Source: Eledone cirrhosa (taxonomy: Eukaryota). Taken from it: a stretch of DNA of 64,000 bases. Made by a program: the position numbers and the translations under genes. This document shows, in pieces, positions 57,051 to 64,000 of this stretch; the stretch's first letter is position 1, and every line of letters begins with the position of its first letter. The notes under the pieces are model-generated. The model was not told where the DNA came from and did not search any database. It was given only the letters and a program-made list of their open reading frames with translations. The stretch lies in the NCBI GenBank assembly GCA_964016885.1, contig OZ024742.1, positions 246,822,001 through 246,886,000 of the forward strand. Direction: 5' to 3'.

Positions 57051-57854
57051 GTGAAGAAGTGAAGAGGAAAGGGGGAGCGCCTCCTCTCTGGGCTTCCCCC
57101 GCGAAAAGAGTTGCACACTTTTCGGGGGTATGTGCAATCCCCAACACGCCCCCTCCATTTTGAGGACTTTTTATTGTTATATTATTATTGTTATTCCTTT
57201 TTTCTTTACTCGATTTATGTAAACTCCCCCACTGTGTAAATGTCCCCTTCTTTTGTGCCCTCGTGGCAAATAAATAGAAATTTATCTATCTATCTATCTA
57301 TCTAATTATCTATCTATCTCTCTGTCTGTCTATCTGTCTGTCTATCTATCTGTCAATCTATCCATTCTTATTTAAGCACATACATTTTGAACACAATACT
57401 TTCCGATCGATTTATGGTCGACAAATATTTAACATTATAAGATATTTAGAGCTACTACATTAGTCTGTATGATAAATATATAACAGAGCTATATATCACC
57501 AGGATAGATTTTGTTTCGGCAATTCAAATCTGCGTCTTGCTTTGTCAGCCACCTTCGGCGAACCAGACGATAAGAATTGTACGATACTATCTCCCAAGCA
57601 CAAGGCAACGTATTCCATGGACAGATATCGAACTATCGAACTCCTCATTACTAGTTAACCAGCCATAAATATAGATAATAATATTGTATGTTTTTCTTTG
57701 GCCTTCTCATCGAATCTCATCAATTTATGGGAGTCAAACTGAAGTCCTTTACTTTACACAGGTATTAGATAGGGTACTCGTCACTTGGCATGGATCAACG
57801 GTGTAGACCAAACAACCACTCAGTTTAAATGTCCCACACGGTCATTGTGCAGAC

Positions 57855-58170
57855 CAGATGTTCTCAAGGTGGGCGGTACCCTACCCTGGGGGGTGTTAAG
57901 CAGGTCCAGGGGGCGCTGCGTCCTAAGGTGGTGGTAGAGATGATATAATACTATATTAAATATCAAATGATATATATATAAATATAGTAAAGCAAAAATA
58001 ATATTTGTTTATGCATAATTTATATATAATAAATAATATATGTACTAACGATTGTATTTATTATATATTATTTACAATTTGCGTATTGGCAGGTCTCTCT
58101 AGAAATAATTTTATGGGGCGCTGAGGGTATTATGTGGCCGTGAGGGGGGTGTGGTTGCAAAGGTTTGGAC
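57855..58170 (+). mobile_element. hAT-Charlie-type MITE remnant
   Basis: GTGCAGAC|CAGATGTTCTCAAGGTGGGCGGTACC..GGGGGCG subterminal motifs and an AT-rich middle. The right end is not clear. Confidence 0.5.
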
Positions 58171-58382
58171 TAGCCTCAACTTACCAAATTCTTTCGAGTA
58201 ATGATATTCCTGTAAACATTAAGCTATAACATTTCAGCCAGGGTAACAGCTGATGTATCATTTTCACAAATACCCAGGGCAAACTACTAAATCTAGGGAA
58301 TTATCCCTCCTCTGGTTAACTTACAGAGAAAAATAATCCGCAAGTTAGATCATTTGTTAACTTTACCTTACTGATAAAATAT

Positions 58383-58590
58383 TGATTTCTAATTTAGGTA
58401 CAAGGCCGGCAAATTTTTGGAAAGAGTAAAGTTGAATACACTAATCGCAGTACTTCATGGTTATTTATCTTATCGCCCCTGCAAAGATGAAATGCAATGT
58501 TGGCATTTGAACTTAGAATGTAAAGAGCCAAAAGAAATGCTGCAATATCATTTTATCCGAGTCCCTACCAAATCTGCCAATCAACCACCC
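58383..58590 (-). mobile_element. Old, diverged Nin/Deu-type tRNA-SINE
   Basis: tttctaatttaggtacaaggcc..atttgaacttagaatg..tctgccaatcaaccacc is collinear with the 29.3-kb SINE. Confidence 0.6.
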
Positions 58591-58959
58591 ACCACTCTTG
58601 CTCAAATAACCCAACGGCAGTGGAAGTATCACGAATATATGATTTATATTTAGTTGTACGTGGACAATACCAGGTCAAGTTTCAGTAATTTGACCCCGGA
58701 CATGTGCCAGTACCGACGAGAGGGGTGTGTGTGTGTAAAAATACGTGACATTTCGGCCAAAGGCCCGTGATGTTATTCAATCAGTCATGCATTACACAGT
58801 AATTTATTCAGCTGTCCTCCATCGCATCTATATCAAATTGATCTTACGTACGTTTTATATACTGTATCTTATCGTATACGTAGGGTATACATACACATAC
58901 CCCCCCCCCCACATATATATATATGTGTGTGTGTGTGTGTCTGAGTGTGTATGCAAAGG

Positions 58960-59215
58960 GCAAATCAGCATAACAAAGCAAATGACACAGTACAATCAAG
59001 AAATACATTATTAGTTTTACGCTTGATATAGTAGGAAACGTGTCTTTACGTTTCGGACGCTAGCCTTTCATCAGAAAATAGAATGAGAAATTAAAGAAGA
59101 AATGGAAAGAAAGAGGAGAGTGGGCAGTGGCAGAAACGGATGTAGTTTCTTTTGAAAAAACAAATCTGTTCAAGCCGCTATCACTGGGAAAACTGTTGAT
59201 TTGGCGTTGTTGCAT
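58960..59215 (-). mobile_element. Second copy of the 11065-11320 pLTR-like repeat, with hammerhead at 59043-59078
   Basis: Reverse complement: tttt-CTGATGA-aaggc tagc gtcc-GAAA-cg-TA-aaga. The flanks are collinear with 11075-11270. Confidence 0.7.
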
Positions 59216-59287
59216 AAGAAAATCAGTCATGTTTTATATATCTTATATATATATATATATATACCTACACACACATACACACACACG

Positions 59288-59338
<51 letters not shown>

Positions 59339-59681
59339 ACATATACACACACATACACACATAGATACACGCACACCCATACACACATACATACACGCAC
59401 ACGCACACACACAGTGAGAAATCCATTTCCTCCAAGCGCGAACCTAATATAACTGTGTAAGTTTGCATCCCTGTGTTAGTGTAGTTTCCTTCATGAACTA
59501 TGTAAACATGCATACATACATACATAGACACACACAGACGCGCACATAAACACACACACACACACATATATATATATTATATAACGTGGGATTGTATGTG
59601 CGACGTGATACAGTTTCCGTTTTTCAAATTTCAATCACACACACTGACAAATGCACACACGCGCGCACATGCTCACACACA

Positions 59682-59786
<105 letters not shown>

Positions 59787-60401
59787 TTAACAAATAGAAA
59801 CATAATCATGATAATTTTGCAATCCAAATAAAAAAAAAAGATTATAAAAAAAGAATACATTTTTCAGAATGATTTATTTTGTATAATTCGGAAACGGGTA
59901 AATCTAAAAATATTTCTAAAACATCCCACCACACACACAAAAAACACACACACACACACAAACAAACAAATAAATAAAAGAACCAAAATAACAACAACAA
60001 CAGCCCCATATAACAACAATAATGCCAAAACAACAACAACACCAACAAATATTGAAGCAATACAACTAAATGACAAGACAATTAGTAACTCAATCAAAAC
60101 CAGAAATGAAAACCATTTGATGTTTGTCACAAAAAAATGAGAGAAATCAAAAATCTGAATGAAAAATCATTGGACGAGAGCAGAGAATGTTGACGGGTGT
60201 TGGTATAGAAAGAGGGTGGATATATTGAACTGGTCTGGTTTCAGGTAGGGGCTGGAAGAAGTTTGAGTTGTTTTGGTTTTAGAAATCTCACTCGGAACCA
60301 ATCGGAAATTAAAAGTTCAATTTGGCGTTGACCCTATTTTTATTCTGGCTGTAACCCCAGTTTATTATCTTTAACAAATCACTGATCTCCCCCTCCTCCT
60401 C

Positions 60402-60436
<35 letters not shown>

Positions 60437-60499
60437 CGCTCTCTCTCTCTCCTACTTTCCCTTTCTCACCCTCCCTTTTTCTATGACTCTATCTCTCTT

Positions 60500-60533
<34 letters not shown>

Positions 60534-60552
60534 TGTATTTTTATGTATATAC

Positions 60553-60631
<79 letters not shown>

Positions 60632-60790
60632 CACTTATATATGAATGTATATATATATATATATATCTTTATATATATATATACATGTATATATATATAT
60701 ATATATGTATATATGAATGTATTTATATATTGCATTATATATGAATATATGTATATATGAATGTATATATATATATATACATATACATGA

Positions 60791-60833
<43 letters not shown>

Positions 60834-61118
60834 TATATGGATTTGCAAACAGCGGGAAAAATGTTCAATAACAAAGTGGAGTATGATATATATATAGTAT
60901 ATTACGTATCCCAGCGTTTGCGATGATGTCAAAGGTTAGATGACATCCATTTAAAGAGAAAATTTATGAATACCGAACTGTAGGGGACCGCGTATAGTTT
61001 TTACTGTTTGATGATAAACGGTGATTACTATGATTAACATTATTATAACAATATTATAAACTGTATGAGATTAGATACGCACTTTGCTTTATTACATTGA
61101 GATACACACACACACACT

Positions 61119-61205
<87 letters not shown>

Positions 61206-61941
61206 TATTCCAAGTAATCAGTGCTGGTTGATCAATCAATCGACCGATTGTGGTGTATTCAGACGGTAGCACTCCACACTGAGTAACCCTATGGGGTATC
61301 TGACGATGTATCAATTTTATAAAGAGGAAGAGAGCCGGTATCAGATAGACAGCTTCAGTTTATTACATCATCCAGTTATCCTCATTTCAAAGACATCAAA
61401 GTCATTACGTAACAATTATTTAATGTATTGTCATAAGACAGGTTTTTAGGTGTAATTTATTTTGTTTTGGTATGGATATGGTCAGCATGCTAGAGAACTA
61501 CATGTTGGCAGACCGGCTATAAGTGAGCATATGATGTACAAATGATGGCAAGCTAGAGGTGGGGAATAAGACTTGTTAGCAATAGGTTGCTGGACTAAAA
61601 GTGTCATGTTACTAATTCTGGTCATCAGCTTCAATTTACAAGGGGTAAAAAGTGCATTGGAAAATTTAATTTATGTATTTTCTTCGCATTTGTGTATACT
61701 TATGACCCAGTCAGGGGCAGCTTTGATATTGAACACCGGCTGCCCTGCTGGTGCCAGATTTAAACTGAAGGAAGTTTAGGACACTCCTTTGTGGTGTATA
61801 TGGGAGTAAGGGTGTGTTGTGTTTATAGATAGAGTAGACAAAGATTTCTATGATGGTGTGTTCTAGTTAGGTTTAAAAATATGTATAAAGTTGCACACTC
61901 ACGCATAGACAACACGTGCATATGCACATACATGTACGGGT

Positions 61942-61981
<40 letters not shown>

Positions 61982-61987
<6 letters not shown>

Positions 61988-62200
61988 ACAAAACGAAAAA
62001 TCAGTGATGCATCTGGACTATCACAGTGATGAAATTTACTACGGACATAACACAATAACACCCGTGTCTGAAAGAACCCGCAGAAGTAGAATCAGCCAGA
62101 TCCATACAAGGACCATGACTCGAGCTACATGACGGCGAAACATTTGTAACAGGAAATAAACTAAGTCCAGATGCATCACTGATTTTTCGTTTTGTTTATA
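61982..62200. repeat. TA-adjacent element with ~38-bp terminal inverted repeats
   Basis: tataaacaaaacgaaaaatcagtgatgcatctggact ... agtccagatgcatcactgatttttcgttttgtttata. Confidence 0.8.
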
Positions 62201-62274
62201 GTATATACACTCTACTCTGATGAATATCGGGTGCTAATTTTGGCATACCGCCTACGGAAGCACCATAGCTACCA

Positions 62275-62339
<65 letters not shown>

Positions 62340-62431
62340 TAACTTCAGAAAACTTTACTGTTGAGTGCTCTAATCTATCGTAAAACTATATTCATTGATT
62401 AATCAATGAACCTTGTTTAACTTTTGGTTAT

Positions 62432-62610
62432 ATATATAAAAGCTTCTACAGGACTAGAACTGTTTCATTCGTGAGGAAGCTTCCTGATGATTTCTCACGC
62501 GAAAGAAACAGTTCTAGTCCTGTAGAAGCTTTTCTATATTAAACATTTATACTCTGCTATACATTGAGTACCTTACTTACTGTGGTTAACCCCGATTGAA
62601 TCCGAAATAA

Positions 62611-62612
<2 letters not shown>
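62432..62612 (+). mobile_element. Miniature fold-back element of the 33.3-34.5-kb family, with hammerhead
   Basis: Inverted arm aagcttctacaggactagaactgtttc / gaaacagttctagtcctgtagaagctt; tail shared with 34400-34470; TA-flanked. Confidence 0.8.
62477..62531 (+). ncRNA. Type-I hammerhead ribozyme, canonical core
   Basis: aagcttc-CTGATGA-tttc tcacgc gaaa-GAAA-cag ttctagtc ctg-TA-gaagctt. Stem I is 7 bp and the cleavage triplet is GUA. Confidence 0.85.
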
Positions 62613-62644
<32 letters not shown>

Positions 62645-62809
62645 CATGAGTATGTGTTGGTTGTTTACCGACACCCTAGTATGCAGGTTGGAACGCGCAA
62701 CGAAGTGCGCATGTTGGTTTGTTTACTCCGGAGTAATGTAAAAATAAGAAGTGTAAGTCAACAGGGTAAAATTAGCTTCGTTTATTCACAGAACTCATCA
62801 GGCAGTAAG

Positions 62810-63009
62810 GATTTAAACAGAAAAAAACAGGAAAATATGATGTTGTAATGGACTTTACCTTGTTACTTCATTGATATGCCCAGCTCCTGGAAGCATATGC
62901 TTCCAGTCTCTTAGAGGGCTAACAACACACCCAGGATCTGGACATATAAATGAATTAACAAGGTAAAATTCATTACAACATCATATTTTCCTGTTTTCTC
63001 TGTTTAAAT
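62810..63009. repeat. Imperfect fold-back (~55-bp arms) ending in (TA)n
   Basis: atttaaacagaaaaaaacaggaaaatatgatgttgtaatg..accttgtta / taacaaggt..cattacaacatcatattttcctgttttctctgtttaaat. Confidence 0.8.
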
Positions 63010-63030
63010 TATATATATATATATATATAT

Positions 63031-63141
63031 ATAGGAACCAGTAAGACCCCGACAGCTGAGCTCAAGCCGTTTCGACGGCTAATTCTGAATTAGCCGTCGA
63101 AACGGCTTGAGCTCAGCTGTCGGGGTCTTACTGGTTCCTAT
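63031..63141. repeat. Perfect 111-bp palindrome (55-bp arms, 1-nt spacer at 63086) containing the 3' half of a hammerhead
   Basis: ataggaaccagtaagaccccgacagctgagctcaagccgtttcgacggctaattc-T-reverse complement. The right arm has GAAA-cggct tgagctc agctg-TC. Confidence 0.92.
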
Positions 63142-63235
63142 TACCCACTCTACTACTTCAAGTATTGAGTACTTTGGTGCGTTATGGTCCACCTGGTTCC
63201 TTACCACATTTCCTTCGTTATATATATATATATAT

Positions 63236-63287
<52 letters not shown>

Positions 63288-63531
63288 CGATAGATTAACG
63301 GAGCCATAGACTCTCGCCATTCCCTGTCAATAATGTGCTCAAAGGAGAAGGAATCCTGAGCTCTTTAAAATACAATATTTTGAAAAGGTAACACACTAGA
63401 GAGAGATAGTGCGCCATCAATAAAACATGAAAAAACCAGCAGTGTATGGAATTTATAACCTATTGATGGTGTACTATCTCTCTCTAGTGTGTTACCTTTT
63501 CAACATATTGTGTATATATATATATATATAT

Positions 63532-63610
<79 letters not shown>

Positions 63611-63962
63611 ATGGTTCTGCGCCGTGGAATCTAAGTATTGAAGTGCCTGGTTGCATAGCAGATCATTACAGAACAAATGCAATATCCGTAAGCGTCAGTG
63701 GGTGGACAGTGTTTAGCGACTAATGTATCAAGGGGACTAATGGATCGAGGTGTAATAAGTCTAACGAATTGAGGTGCTACGCAACGACTTTGATGTCTTG
63801 AAATGTGCATAACAGGATGATATAATAAACTGATACCGTCTCTACCGATACTATATGCATATAGCCTCCACCCCAAAGGCCAGACTAACCACCCCGGCCA
63901 ACTTGAAACACTTTGTGTTTTTGTATCTCTGTATTTGTCTTGCCTATATTATATATAACTGT

Positions 63963-64000
63963 TGGTGGATTGGCAGTATCGGTAGAGCGTCGGGCGCCAT
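63963..64000 (+). mobile_element. 5' head of a Nin/Deu-type tRNA-SINE (runs off the window)
   Basis: ggtggattggcagtatcggtagagcgtcgg matches the heads of the 29-31-kb SINEs. Confidence 0.75.

Larger units (their letters stand above)
51617..57282 (+). mobile_element. Full-length L1/Tx1-like LINE (5' UTR, ORF1, ORF2, 3' UTR) flanked by (TCTA)n
   Basis: Two-ORF layout. TATC repeats at 51601-51616 and from 57283; AATAAA at ~57269. Confidence 0.92.

Noticed and set aside
60165-60390. Possible promoter or exon (CCAAT box, unique-looking sequence)
   Set aside because: There is no ORF, splice pattern or other support from the sequence alone.

Overview
AT-rich, microsatellite-dense eukaryotic DNA, most likely cephalopod (Octopus-like), inferred from its tRNA-SINE families and C2H2-tailed RTE LINEs. 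I cannot support any host protein-coding gene; the window is almost entirely transposon- and repeat-derived. Main contents: (1) a decayed minus-strand RTE LINE (~1.6-7.9 kb) split by a 2.2-kb Chapaev3 DNA transposon with TIRs and a TTA TSD; (2) Tigger/pogo and hAT-Charlie remnants; (3) a ~7.6-kb AAC-derived minisatellite with a 2.3-kb higher-order duplication, plus other satellites; (4) several Penelope-like elements (RT + GIY-YIG); (5) three L1/Tx1-like LINE copies, one full-length, each embedded in (TCTA)n; (6) nested tRNA-SINEs. The most striking unannotated signal is about a dozen minimal type-I hammerhead ribozyme motifs read by eye. Many sit in perfect or near-perfect fold-back palindromes or circularly permuted repeats beside (TA)n tracts, suggesting a dense population of ribozyme-bearing Penelope-derived or retrozyme-like elements. 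All family assignments come from motif recognition, not database searches.
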